From Pseudomonadota bacterium (GTDB lineage Bacteria > Desulfobacterota > Desulfomonilia > Desulfomonilales > Desulfomonilaceae): DNA of 27,679 nucleotides. The notes beneath the pieces are model-generated. The model had not been told where the DNA came from. It ran no database searches and saw only the letters and a program-made list of their open reading frames with translations. This document shows, piece by piece, positions 10,037-19,589 of the stretch. Every line of letters begins with the position of its first letter. Within the stretch, counting starts at the first letter, position 1. The position numbers and the translations under genes are program-made. Where the stretch lies: NCBI GenBank assembly GCA_043803345.1, contig JAZDKD010000459.1:1-27679 (forward strand). The letters are read 5' to 3'.

Positions 10037-11398
10037 ATGGCGACCATATTAGTTGTTGATGACGAAAGAAACTACCTGTTCGTACTAGAGGATTTGTTAA
10101 CCGATGAAGGTTACAAGGTGGTAACAGCTTCTTCGGGTAATGAAGCCTTGGAAAAGTTGAAGGAATTCCAAGTTGACGCTGTTTTAACCGACATTAAGAT
10201 GCCGGGAATGAACGGTGTTGAGCTTCTTGAAAGGGTTATTGCGTCAGATCCTGGTTTGCCGGTCATTCTCATGACAGCGTTCGCTGAGGTGGACCAGGCC
10301 GTTTCAGCAATGAAGAAAGGGGCATTAGACCATATTCAGAAGCCATTTGACAACGACGATATCAAGAGCGCGGTTGCCAGGGCCGTTCAGAAAAGAGTCA
10401 TGGATCAAAACCACCGCAAGATTGCGTCTAACTCAGATGAGGTGTGGGGATCAGTAATCGGAAATTCTGAAGCGATGGAAAAAGTGTTCCAGATAGTTAA
10501 GAGAGTGGCCGACACGAACGCCACTGTTCTGATTTGCGGTGAGTCTGGAACCGGCAAGGAAGTTATCGCCAAATGCCTCCACAAGGCTTCTTCAAGATCA
10601 CTCCAACCTTTCGTTTCGATTAACTGCGCGGCCATACCCGAAACCCTCCTTGAGTCTGAGTTGTTCGGTTATGAAAGGGGCGCGTTCACGGGCGCAATAT
10701 CTAACAAGCAAGGCAAATTCGAGTTTGCAAATGGTGGAGTTCTGTTTCTCGACGAAATTGGAGAAATGTCTCTTAATCTTCAGGTCAAACTTCTCAGAGT
10801 TCTTCAGGAACAAGAGTTTCAAAGAGTGGGTGGAAACCGCGACATTCGTGTTGACGTACGACTTATTGCGGCAACCAACAAAGACCTTCAGCATCAGGTA
10901 GAGGCCGCTCTGTTCCGATCTGACCTGTATTTCAGGCTCAATGTTGTCCAGGTTGTCATGCCTCCCCTCAAAGCCAGGGTAACGGACATTCCACTGTTGA
11001 CATCATATTTTCTGAACAACTTTTGTAAACGTATGAACAGACAGTTACCTGAAATACCTCCGGAAACCATGAGAATCCTCTGCTCTTATTCCTGGCCGGG
11101 AAATGTCAGGGAATTGGAAAACGCGATTGAATACGCTATTCTTATGTCAAAGGGACGTTCGCTTGGCCCGGAAGATCTGCCTAACCAAATAAGAACCGTC
11201 GCCGGTGGAGCGAAGGTAAATGATTTAGACGTGGGAGAAAACTCCGGGTTAATGGACGCACTAGACGCCATTGAAGAGAAGATGATAAGAGACGCCCTAA
11301 AAAAGGCCGGACATGTCCAGGCTCAGGCGGCGAAGATCCTGGGAATATCCAGGAGCAACCTTCAGTACAAAATGAAGAAATATGGGCTTCTACAGTGA
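10037..11398 (+). CDS. Sigma-54-dependent response regulator (NtrC/AtoC/ZraR family; REC-AAA+-Fis HTH)
   Basis: [16 protein letters not shown] (phospho-Asp), Walker [35 protein letters not shown]-terminal [22 protein letters not shown]. Confidence 0.95.
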   Translation: MATILVVDDERNYLFVLEDLLTDEGYKVVTASSGNEALEKLKEFQVDAVLTDIKMPGMNGVELLERVIASDPGLPVILMTAFAEVDQAVSAMKKGALDHIQKPFDNDDIKSAVARAVQKRVMDQNHRKIASNSDEVWGSVIGNSEAMEKVFQIVKRVADTNATVLICGESGTGKEVIAKCLHKASSRSLQPFVSINCAAIPETLLESELFGYERGAFTGAISNKQGKFEFANGGVLFLDEIGEMSLNLQVKLLRVLQEQEFQRVGGNRDIRVDVRLIAATNKDLQHQVEAALFRSDLYFRLNVVQVVMPPLKARVTDIPLLTSYFLNNFCKRMNRQLPEIPPETMRILCSYSWPGNVRELENAIEYAILMSKGRSLGPEDLPNQIRTVAGGAKVNDLDVGENSGLMDALDAIEEKMIRDALKKAGHVQAQAAKILGISRSNLQYKMKKYGLLQ

Positions 11399-11426
11399 TT
11401 CAGTTTGCCCTGTAATTCCTTGTGGG

Positions 11427-11455
11427 TTGACAGCATATATGAATTACTTTATACA
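11427..11455 (+). promoter_or_regulatory. Putative sigma-70 promoter of the L,D-transpeptidase gene
   Basis: Perfect TTGACA (11427-11432) - 17 nt - TATACA (11450-11455; imperfect -10). Confidence 0.4.
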
Positions 11456-11517
11456 AAACGTGATTTCAGTTTGATGAGGTGTTTTTCTCTGTAACCATGG
11501 AGAAGAGGGTCTTAACC

Positions 11518-12516
11518 ATGCGTAACCTTATAAAATGCGGAGTAGTACTGTTTATATTTTGTGGAGCTGTTTCAACGGCTTATGCTCAATATTACGATAA
11601 CTCAGTTTACTCTAGCGATCCTTACAATTATAGTGATGCTCAGAGTTATGGTCCCCGTTCCTCGAATCAAGGCTCTTCCAATTACCGTGATTACCCCGGC
11701 TACCCGTCGCCCAACCTACAGTATGACTCCAGGGACGCAGAAAGAATTCTCCAGGAGCAAATGGCGGCGCGCACGGCTACCCAGCCTGACAATACTTCCA
11801 CCCAGTCTCAACCCCAAATGTATGACGACTATTATGGCCATCGTATGCACGACGAGGGACAGATACAAAGGGTCTTAATTGAGGCCAGAGATATTGGTGG
11901 ACTGATCAAGAACAAGAACGGCAAGGCGTTCGTCGTTATAGACAAAAGAAATTATCAATTCTATTTATACAGTAGGGACGGCAGGCTTCTCCGCATTGGT
12001 CCTGTAGCCATAGGAAAAGGTAAAACCCATGTAGGGGCGTTTGAGACTCCGGTTGGTATATTTCCTATCAAGAGTAAGGTTGCGGTCGATGATTGGATCA
12101 GACCGGACTGGTATTTCATTGAAGAGCGAGAGCCAATACCCGCGAGATGGGAAGATCGGCGCGTTCCGGGATTTTTCCGTTACAAATTGGTCGTAGATGG
12201 ATCGAGGTACATCCACTACGCCGAGGCTACCGGAGGTCGATTGACTCACGGTTGCCTTGGGCTGGACTGGCAGGACGCTGAAGCCGTGTTTCACACATTG
12301 AGTGTTGGTTCTTACTGCATTGTTATAGACCATGGTTTTCTAACCAGGCTAGCCAGAGGTGAGTTCCCTGTGCAAAAACCTGCTGTGGCCAAGCCGGAAA
12401 AAACTGAACCTGAGGCTACGGTAACTGCTCGAGCCGATCCTGTTCAGACCGTTCCAGTTGTGGTATCACAGACGGCAGAAAATCTGCAGGACAAACCTCT
12501 CCCTAATCTTTGGTAG
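11518..12516 (+). CDS. Exported L,D-transpeptidase (YkuD family)
   Basis: Signal peptide MRNLIKCGVVLFIFCGAVSTAYA; VVIDK..YQFYLY; PVAIGKG...ETPVGIF.I..K; catalytic H...THGCLGL. Start ATG 11518 follows GAAGAGGG. Confidence 0.85.
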   Translation: MRNLIKCGVVLFIFCGAVSTAYAQYYDNSVYSSDPYNYSDAQSYGPRSSNQGSSNYRDYPGYPSPNLQYDSRDAERILQEQMAARTATQPDNTSTQSQPQMYDDYYGHRMHDEGQIQRVLIEARDIGGLIKNKNGKAFVVIDKRNYQFYLYSRDGRLLRIGPVAIGKGKTHVGAFETPVGIFPIKSKVAVDDWIRPDWYFIEEREPIPARWEDRRVPGFFRYKLVVDGSRYIHYAEATGGRLTHGCLGLDWQDAEAVFHTLSVGSYCIVIDHGFLTRLARGEFPVQKPAVAKPEKTEPEATVTARADPVQTVPVVVSQTAENLQDKPLPNLW

Positions 12517-12545
12517 TTGGAGATAGCTTAGTCAGCCGCCGATTG

Positions 12546-12564
12546 TGTGAACGCTTCACATTTT
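12546..12564 (+). terminator. Possible weak intrinsic terminator after the L,D-transpeptidase gene
   Basis: TGTGAA-cgc-TTCACA stem followed by TTTT, about 30 nt after the stop. Confidence 0.35.
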
Positions 12565-12589
12565 ATCCAGTGGAACTGGAAACATCTGT

Positions 12590-13060
12590 ATGACCGCTAT
12601 AATAAAAATAATAAGAATCGGCGTTTTTGTTGCTGTAGCATTTGTTTGTGTTTCGTGCCTAACTGCCTCACTCCCTAAAAACGCTCGCCTTGATGGCAAT
12701 GCCCCGTCAAATTCCGACCAAGCAGCCTCCGGGGTACGATCCTCAGGTCGGGACATATTGGGTAAATGGGAATTGCTCTATCAGATTAACGATAAGGGAG
12801 ATCGCCAAAATCCGAAAGATCTGACCAAGACCCAGATTGAATTTACCGATGACGGTAAGATCAATTTTACTCGTTTAGACAATGAACAATCGGACAGTGT
12901 AAAAAGCCGTCAGGGAAAGTATTCAATCGACAAAGACCAGATCAATATTACCGATGACGCCGGGAACGCCGTAAAATGGCCATTTGAGATAGCATCGGAT
13001 TCTTTGGTGATATCTATGCCCGAACAAAACAAAAAGTTCCACTGGAGAAGGCTCAATTGA
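12590..13060 (+). CDS. Probable lipoprotein with a lipocalin-like beta-barrel
   Basis: Basic-hydrophobic N-terminus ending in AFVCVS-C; ILGKWEL (GxW motif), IEFTDDG, GKYSID. Confidence 0.6.
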   Translation: MTAIIKIIRIGVFVAVAFVCVSCLTASLPKNARLDGNAPSNSDQAASGVRSSGRDILGKWELLYQINDKGDRQNPKDLTKTQIEFTDDGKINFTRLDNEQSDSVKSRQGKYSIDKDQINITDDAGNAVKWPFEIASDSLVISMPEQNKKFHWRRLN

Positions 13061-13788
13061 AATTTGAGATTGGCAGAATCCTGTTTACTGCGTTGGCCTT
13101 GGTTATGTTGTTGTCTTTAACATCTTTAGCTAAAGACCGCTCGGAGGTTCTGCGCTATGAAGTAACATGGAATGGATCAAAGGCAGGGCACGGAGACATC
13201 ACCATGAAATCGGAGGACGGCAAAGTAAGCGTTTTAGCCCAGGCAGTCTCTGATGGAGCTTTAAAGACTATCCTCGAGATTTGGAGTCAAATCCGGGCCA
13301 CTTTCTCTACAAGGAATTTCCTTCCAGAGTCTTATCGATTCCACCTGAAATCCAACCTTCTCCGTTCCGAAGTTGTTGATCTTTCATTCGACCACAAGAA
13401 GCAGACTGTTTTGGTCAACAAGAATAAGGGTGGAGAGTTGGAAAGTCACTCGGAAAAAGTGTCTGGACTTCGTGATCCCATTTCCGCTGTTTATCTACTC
13501 CGTAATCAGAAGGATTTTGACAAACCCATGTTTGTCGATATTTACGATGGAAAAGACAAGGCTCGTCTACATGTTTATCCCGACGGCGCCGAATTGGTAA
13601 AAGTCAAAGCTGGAACTCAATATGCGCTTCGAATGAACTTGCGGCTGGAACAGATTGGAAGGGAACCCAAAGAAATTGCCAGGGGGAAGCTTTGGATCTC
13701 CAATGACGAAAACAGAATTCCACTACTTCTGACAGCATCTCCAATAGTTGGTAATATTAGATTTGAACTCGTTCATGCCCAGATGTGA
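13057..13788 (+). CDS. Exported DUF3108-family protein
   Basis: Signal peptide ending in SLA; EVLRYEVTWNG..AG.G.I; RDPISAVY.LR; LWISNDENRIPL; TTG start overlaps the upstream TGA by 4 bp. Confidence 0.75.
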   Translation: MKFEIGRILFTALALVMLLSLTSLAKDRSEVLRYEVTWNGSKAGHGDITMKSEDGKVSVLAQAVSDGALKTILEIWSQIRATFSTRNFLPESYRFHLKSNLLRSEVVDLSFDHKKQTVLVNKNKGGELESHSEKVSGLRDPISAVYLLRNQKDFDKPMFVDIYDGKDKARLHVYPDGAELVKVKAGTQYALRMNLRLEQIGREPKEIARGKLWISNDENRIPLLLTASPIVGNIRFELVHAQM

Positions 13789-13839
13789 TCTCGTGGCCAA
13801 CGGGTCTTTCAAGACTGATCGAAATTCCACCCCGGCGCT

Positions 13840-15315
13840 ATGAGTCCTGATCATTTTTTTCAGGCACAAATCTTCCAGGAAATTTTTCACAAATTATTGG
13901 AACTGTGCAACGAAAGTTACCTAGTTGGGGGAACCGTTCGCGACGCTCTACTTGGGCGAAGTACAATATCAGATTTCGACATCGCTGTTGATGGAGACGG
14001 ATACGAGTTAGCGAGATTGCTGGCAGGATCATTGTCTATTAATGCAACCTTCGTGCCTTTGGACAAAGTTCGCAGAGTTGGGCGAGTTGTGGCGCCGATG
14101 TCTCCCATCAGTGTCATAGACGTTTCCACATTCAAGGGCCCAACCATTTCAGACGATCTTTGCGCTCGCGATTTTACAATTAATTCAATGGCGGCGCATC
14201 TCTGGGACATCTTAGCCGGCCGCTTTTCCGAGGCTATAATTGACCCGGTCGGAGGTCGGGATGACCTAGCTGGTCACACAATTAGAATTTCCTCAGAAAC
14301 TTCATTTGAGAGTGATCCACTCAGAATGATTCGGGCGTTTCGATTTGAGGCCCAACTCAATTTCGGTATCGACCGTGGAACGCTACTGCAAATCAAAAAC
14401 ATGGCGCACACCATCGAACTTGTTTCAGGTGAACGCATGAGGGATGAACTGACGGTCATTCTGTCTTCGGAGAATAGCCACAGTATAGTGTCTGAGATGG
14501 CCGAGTTTGGATTATTATGGAGCATGTTTCCGGCACTAATCCCCACACTTGGATTTGAGCAAAACAGATTTCATCATCTCGATGTCTGGCGGCACACTCT
14601 TTCGACCCTGAAGAACCTGGAATCGATTATCGCCCATTTGCCGGAAATTCTCGGAGATTTGTCCGAAACCGTTCTCAGTTATCTCAACGAACAGCTAGTT
14701 CCAGGTAGAAAACGAATGTGGTTGCTCAAATTGGCAGTCCTTTTGCACGACTCGGGCAAACCTGCGTCTCTGACCATTGACGACCAAGGCCGTCGCAGAT
14801 TTTTCGGCCATGAAAAAATTTCGGGATCTATCGCCAGTGCTGTTGGAGGCTCGATCAAACTCGCCAGCAGAGAAGTTTCCGCATTAAGTTTGTGGGTCGA
14901 AGGCCACATGAGGACTTCAATTCTTTGTTTGGAAGACGCTTCCCAACGGTCTATGATGAGGTTTTGCAGAGATTTTGGGCGTGACCTCATTGGACTGGCC
15001 CTCCTCCATTTGGCCGACCTCTCAGCGTCTCAAGGACCAGCCAGAAGCTCCAACGAATTTAGACAGTCCATACTGGGCGTGCGGCGCATTTTAGACATTC
15101 TGGCAGAGCAGGAAAGGATGCCATCGAGACCATTACTCAATGGCGACGAGCTTATGTCGGAATTCGGTCTCCAGCAGGGGCCGAGACTCGGAGCCATCTT
15201 GAGATGGCTAACAACAGAGCAAAGTCTTGGAGCTATTAAGAATAAAGATCAGGCATCCGAAGCCGTGAGACGATACCTGTCGATGAGTGAGGCAGAGCTG
15301 CTAAAAAACAAATAA
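13840..15315 (+). CDS. Class II tRNA nucleotidyltransferase with HD domain (probably CC-adding type)
   Basis: Motif A YLVGGTVRDALLG...DFDIAV; motif B DLCARDFTINSMA; IDPVGGRDDL; motif D SDPLRMIRAFRF; VSGERMRDEL; HHLDVWRHT; LLHDSGKP (HD). Confidence 0.85.
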   Translation: MSPDHFFQAQIFQEIFHKLLELCNESYLVGGTVRDALLGRSTISDFDIAVDGDGYELARLLAGSLSINATFVPLDKVRRVGRVVAPMSPISVIDVSTFKGPTISDDLCARDFTINSMAAHLWDILAGRFSEAIIDPVGGRDDLAGHTIRISSETSFESDPLRMIRAFRFEAQLNFGIDRGTLLQIKNMAHTIELVSGERMRDELTVILSSENSHSIVSEMAEFGLLWSMFPALIPTLGFEQNRFHHLDVWRHTLSTLKNLESIIAHLPEILGDLSETVLSYLNEQLVPGRKRMWLLKLAVLLHDSGKPASLTIDDQGRRRFFGHEKISGSIASAVGGSIKLASREVSALSLWVEGHMRTSILCLEDASQRSMMRFCRDFGRDLIGLALLHLADLSASQGPARSSNEFRQSILGVRRILDILAEQERMPSRPLLNGDELMSEFGLQQGPRLGAILRWLTTEQSLGAIKNKDQASEAVRRYLSMSEAELLKNK

Positions 15316-15366
15316 AGGCGGACGATGATAGGATTGGTTCGGTTGGAGTATTTTCAGATTAAGCAA

Positions 15367-15407
15367 TGTTGGCGGCAGGTCTTGGAAATACGCCCAAGCC
15401 GCCAACA
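15367..15407. terminator. Long GC-rich hairpin between the convergent nucleotidyltransferase gene and rpsA (probable terminator)
   Basis: TGTTGGCGGC (15367-15376) pairs perfectly with GCCGCCAACA (15398-15407); alternatively an inner CTTGG/CCAAG stem forms. U-tracts are weak. Confidence 0.55.
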
Positions 15408-15465
15408 CTTGTTAGTTCATAATTTGGAACACATTTGCCGCTGTCTTGAAAATGTCAACAAATGG

Positions 15466-17202
15466 TTATTCCTTGCCTAATGAGGCGCCAAGGTTTTCCT
15501 TGAGCAGGTCGCCAAGGTTCGACGCGACGACATCCTGGCTGCTGGCATAGCTTTTTTGCTCATACTCCTGCGTCTTTTCAATGCTCTTGATGGATAACGC
15601 TATTTTCTTGTCTTTCTTGTTGACCTTGAGCACTACGGCTGAAAGTTCCGCTCCTTCTTTCGTAAAATCGTGAGGTGAACTGACCCTGTCTTTGGAAAGT
15701 TCGGAAACATGAATCATGCCTTCTATGCCCTCTTCTATTTCAAGAAAGACCCCGAAATCAGTGATTGAGGACACCTTGCCACTGACTTTCGCTCCTGTGG
15801 GGTATCGTTCTGGAACCATCTCCCATGGATCTTCAGTCATTTGCTTTATGCCAAGGGAGAATCTTTCGTTCTCCTTGTCAATATTCAATACCACCGCCTG
15901 AACGGTTTGGCCCTTTTTATAAAAATCTCCGGGGTGTTTTATACGCAGTGTCCAAGAAATATCTGATATGTGTACGAGACCGTCTATTCCTTCGTCAATA
16001 CCCACAAAGACCCCGAAATCGGTAACATTACGTATCTTGCCCTCAATTTTTGTGCCTTCCGGATACCGTTCGGCGATGACGTCCCACGGGTTGGATCGCA
16101 GTTGCTTCATGCCCAGTGAAATGCGCTTTTGTTCTTTATCAACATTGAGGACCATCACTTCGACTTCTTCGCCGATATGAACCATTTTGGATGGATGCCG
16201 GGGCTTTTTTGTCCAGGCCATTTCGGAGACGTGAACAAGTCCCTCAACGCCAACTTCGAGTTCAACGAAAATGCCATAGTCTGTAATGCTGACAACCTTA
16301 CCGGTCCATTTCGATTCAACGGGATATGTCTGGTCGGCTGTTTCCCATGGGTCTGAGGTAAGCTGCTTGAGTCCGAGGGAAACGCGCTCTTTGTCTTCAT
16401 CAAATTTTAGGACTTTAACGTCGATCTCATCGCCCACTTTGATCATGTCGGATGGGTGGTTGATCCTACCCCAAGACATATCGGTGATGTGGAGAAGGCC
16501 ATCAATTCCGCCTAGATCCACAAAGGCCCCATAATCTGTGATATTCTTAACCTGGCCTCTGAATATCTCTCCACTTTCAAGCGCGTGCGAGATGAAATCC
16601 TTTCTTTGGTCCCTCGTTTTGTCGAGAAGAGGCCTTCTTGAAAGAACTATGTTGCCACGCTTCCGATTGTATTTCAAAACATTGAATTCGAAAGTTTCCC
16701 CGATATATTTATCGAAATTTCTGACGGGTTTGAGATCAATCTGCGAGCCTGGAAGAAAAGCCGGAACTCCAATATCCACCTGCATGCCACCTTTGACTCT
16801 AGCCACTATCTTGCCTTCGATAGTCTTTTCAGTTTCACAGATTTCGGCTATCTCATCCCATATTTTGATCTTGTCGGCCTTGGTCTTTGAAATCCTTACG
16901 CCACCGCCGCTATCTCCCATTCCTTCAAGGAACACCTCAACATCGTCTCCCACTGAGACAGTAGGTTTTCCATCAGCGTCCAGAAATTGATCAACAGGGA
17001 TTTGTCCTTCGGACTTGGAGCCAACGTCGACCATAACGTATTCAGGGGTAATCTGCACTACCACCCCAGTAACGATCTGGCCTTCCTGGGCCTTGTGAAA
17101 ACTGCTTTCGACAAGTTCCGCAAAATTTTCTTCTTTAGTGGTATCCTGCCCTTCTTCTTCGTTAGTCAAATTGTCAATAGATTGGGTTTCCAAATTTTCC
17201 AT
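15466..17202 (-). CDS. rpsA: 30S ribosomal protein S1
   Basis: Repeated S1 domains (VKNITDYGAFVDLGGIDGLLHITDMSW, ITDYGIFVEL...EGLVHVSEM, VTDFGVFV...DGLVHISDISW). Start reassigned from 17247 to MENLET at 17202. Confidence 0.97.
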   Translation of the reverse strand: MENLETQSIDNLTNEEEGQDTTKEENFAELVESSFHKAQEGQIVTGVVVQITPEYVMVDVGSKSEGQIPVDQFLDADGKPTVSVGDDVEVFLEGMGDSGGGVRISKTKADKIKIWDEIAEICETEKTIEGKIVARVKGGMQVDIGVPAFLPGSQIDLKPVRNFDKYIGETFEFNVLKYNRKRGNIVLSRRPLLDKTRDQRKDFISHALESGEIFRGQVKNITDYGAFVDLGGIDGLLHITDMSWGRINHPSDMIKVGDEIDVKVLKFDEDKERVSLGLKQLTSDPWETADQTYPVESKWTGKVVSITDYGIFVELEVGVEGLVHVSEMAWTKKPRHPSKMVHIGEEVEVMVLNVDKEQKRISLGMKQLRSNPWDVIAERYPEGTKIEGKIRNVTDFGVFVGIDEGIDGLVHISDISWTLRIKHPGDFYKKGQTVQAVVLNIDKENERFSLGIKQMTEDPWEMVPERYPTGAKVSGKVSSITDFGVFLEIEEGIEGMIHVSELSKDRVSSPHDFTKEGAELSAVVLKVNKKDKKIALSIKSIEKTQEYEQKSYASSQDVVASNLGDLLKENLGASLGKE

Positions 17203-17331
17203 CCAGTAAACACCCCCAGACTCTTTTGTCGGCCGTCGGTATTTCAACTAAGCTGATTAATCGATTATATATATCCGATGTTCACAATTGTTACAAGAGA
17301 AAGTTAGACTGCGGTTAACTTTTTCCAGCCA

Positions 17332-18030
17332 TTATAACTTGAAGGCCGTTTCAGCGATCACCCCTATTCTCTCCAGGATTATTTCTGTGACATCCTTGGG
17401 AGTCAAGGTTGTAGTGTCAATTATTGTTGCGTCTTTAGCTGGAATCATGGGGGCCAAAGCCCTTGATTCGTCCCTTTGATCTCTGGCCACCAGGTCTGAA
17501 AGCACTTGAGAGTAAAAAGGCTTTTCACCCTTTGCCATTAGTTCGCAATATCTACGTTTGGCTCGTTCTTCAGGGTCGGCTGTCAGAAAAAATTTGGCCT
17601 GAGCAAAAGGGAACACCACCCCGCCCATATCTCTGCCTTCAGCTACGAGGTCGCATTTGCGGGCCACCGCTCGTTGTATACCCAAAAGAGCCTTTCTTAC
17701 CTCCGGTCTTGCGGAAAATCTTGAAGCTGCGTTGCCAACTTCCTCAGACCTGATAATAGAACTCACGTCTTCGTCTTTAAGCATGAGTCTCATGCCACTT
17801 GTGTCCGGTTCCACGGATATTGTAATTGATTCAAGAAGATCCTCCGGCGCCGATTGGTCTTCAGGTTTTACGCCGGCCCTAATTAAAGCTAAAGCCATAG
17901 TTCTGTACAGAGCTCCACTGTCCAGCAAGCAAAATCCTAATCTCTGAGCCAAGTCCCTTGCTATAGTGGTCTTTCCGGCTCCGGCTGGGCCATCTATTGT
18001 AACAATAAAAGAGTTCTTAGACTGCGCCAT
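17332..18030 (-). CDS. cmk: Cytidylate kinase
   Basis: IVTIDGPAGAGKTT, LDSGALYR, VAEGRDMG.VVFP.A..KFFLTA, RDQRDESR..AP. ATG 18030 follows AAGGAG. Confidence 0.96.
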   Translation of the reverse strand: MAQSKNSFIVTIDGPAGAGKTTIARDLAQRLGFCLLDSGALYRTMALALIRAGVKPEDQSAPEDLLESITISVEPDTSGMRLMLKDEDVSSIIRSEEVGNAASRFSARPEVRKALLGIQRAVARKCDLVAEGRDMGGVVFPFAQAKFFLTADPEERAKRRYCELMAKGEKPFYSQVLSDLVARDQRDESRALAPMIPAKDATIIDTTTLTPKDVTEIILERIGVIAETAFKL

Positions 18031-18109
18031 TTCTCTCCTTAAACCATCGATCAACCAGAACCGTGAAACATGTTTTTTGAAAAAGCAGTGTCCACTCGAA
18101 ACTGGCGGG

Positions 18110-19231
18110 CTAAAGCATTGATGTGACTTTTCTTATGACTTCAATCAACTTCTTGTTCTGATCTTCCAGCCCAACCGTAACTCTTATATAGTCCGGAAGC
18201 CCGAAGCTTTTAAGATGACGTACGATTATGCCTTCCTTGAGCAGAGCCAAATACAGATTTCCAGCGTCACCTGTGGGTTGAAAAGCCACAAAATTTGCCT
18301 GAGAATCAATTGCCTTGAATCCTAATTCACGAAGCTCATCGCAAATGAACCTTCTACCGAGCTGGTTCAACTCAATGGATCTTCTAACATGTTCATTATC
18401 AGATATAGCCGCAATAGCAGCTACTTGAGCTAAAAGGTTAACGTTAAATGGTGGTTTGACTCGATTGAGAAGTTGAGTTAGCCATTGACTGGAGACTCCG
18501 TAGCCAACCCTTAAACCTGCGAGACCGTATATTTTTGAAAAGGTCCTCAACACAATCAGGTGATCTGTTTCCCGCACATAATCAATGCCATTGACGCAAT
18601 CCGACGCGTTGCAATACTCGCGATACGCCTCATCGAGAATTACTATTACATCGCTTTTTTCTGCCCGTTTCAGCAATTTTTCAAAACTTTTCTCGCCAAA
18701 TGTCACACCCGTGGGGCTATGGGGATTAGAAACGAACAGGAGTCTTGTCCTAGGCCCTATACAGCTTGCCATCGCCTCCAGGTCCGGGCCGAATTCTTTT
18801 AGCGGAATCATCTGTGAGATTCCACCGAAAAGCCTGGTGACTATTTTATACATGGAAAAGGCTTTTTCAGGCATTATGACTTCATCGTCAATCCCCACAA
18901 ATACGTGGGCCAGCATCTGCATAATCTCGTCAGATCCGTTGCCCAGAATTATCTGATCCGAACCCAATCCAAACTTTTCGGCGATGGCGGATCTGAGATC
19001 CGGCGCTGAAGATTCGGGATAAATATTAGCCATCCCCGCATTGCGCAATATGGCTTCCATGGCCTTGGGAGACGGACCAAGCGGGTTCTCGTTGGACGCG
19101 AGTTTAATAGCCCCTGAGATTCCGTATTCTCTCTCTACTTCCGCCACAGGCTTTCCGGGAATGTATTCGGGTATTGACATGACATGGGGGGCAACAACTC
19201 GCCTTGCCCATTCAGGGGTGACTAAACTCAT
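18110..19231 (-). CDS. hisC: Histidinol-phosphate aminotransferase (class I/II PLP aminotransferase)
   Basis: Y.PGKP, IKLASNENPLG, GNGSDE, DEAY, RTFSKIYGLAGLRVGY (PLP Lys), ANFV, GIIVR, RVTVG. Confidence 0.92.
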   Translation of the reverse strand: MSLVTPEWARRVVAPHVMSIPEYIPGKPVAEVEREYGISGAIKLASNENPLGPSPKAMEAILRNAGMANIYPESSAPDLRSAIAEKFGLGSDQIILGNGSDEIMQMLAHVFVGIDDEVIMPEKAFSMYKIVTRLFGGISQMIPLKEFGPDLEAMASCIGPRTRLLFVSNPHSPTGVTFGEKSFEKLLKRAEKSDVIVILDEAYREYCNASDCVNGIDYVRETDHLIVLRTFSKIYGLAGLRVGYGVSSQWLTQLLNRVKPPFNVNLLAQVAAIAAISDNEHVRRSIELNQLGRRFICDELRELGFKAIDSQANFVAFQPTGDAGNLYLALLKEGIIVRHLKSFGLPDYIRVTVGLEDQNKKLIEVIRKVTSML

Positions 19232-19307
19232 TTCGACAACCTCAGGATATTATACGGTTAAGCAGGTAAAAGTCGTTTTCTGAAACGCTCGATCAGGTTA
19301 GCCAATT

Positions 19308-19336
19308 TTTATACCTTTTGGATGTCTCAAGGTCAA
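19308..19336 (-). promoter_or_regulatory. Putative sigma-70 promoter of hisC-cmk-rpsA
   Basis: Minus strand: TTGACC (19336-19331) - 17 nt - TATAAA (19313-19308). Confidence 0.5.
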
Positions 19337-19531
19337 CCCGATGTTGTTTTCCGCTGGTAATGGCGATTGAAAGCCTGAGGTTAGAAGCGTTTGCACGCAT
19401 CCATTCCCGAATAGATCGCCAGACGGATCATTACAGCCAGTAATTTCGAAAGTTCGGTAAAACCTGCGCATAGGCTAATTGGATCTCTGAACTTTCCAAC
19501 CTGGGAAATCTATAAAACCACCCGATTTCAC

Positions 19532-19560
19532 TTGACAATAAAACCTAAACTTATTAGCGT
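19532..19560 (+). promoter_or_regulatory. Putative sigma-70 promoter of the inverse autotransporter gene
   Basis: TTGACA (19532-19537) - 17 nt - TAGCGT (19555-19560; TAnnnT). Confidence 0.5.
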
Positions 19561-19589
19561 ATATATATTCGTAAAAACAGTGTGTTGTT

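Noticed and set aside
12546-12560. CRP/FNR-like site TGTGA-N-TCACA
   Set aside because: The spacer is 5 nt (acgct), not 6. It is better explained as a weak terminator stem followed by TTTT.
19360-19443. 27-codon ORF MAIESLRLEAFARIHSRIDRQTDHYSQ and a nearby 8-bp inverted repeat GAAAGTTC/GAACTTTC (19448-19496) in the hisC/autotransporter intergenic region
   Set aside because: No RBS and no recognisable motif; the repeat is short with a 33-nt spacer and compatible with chance
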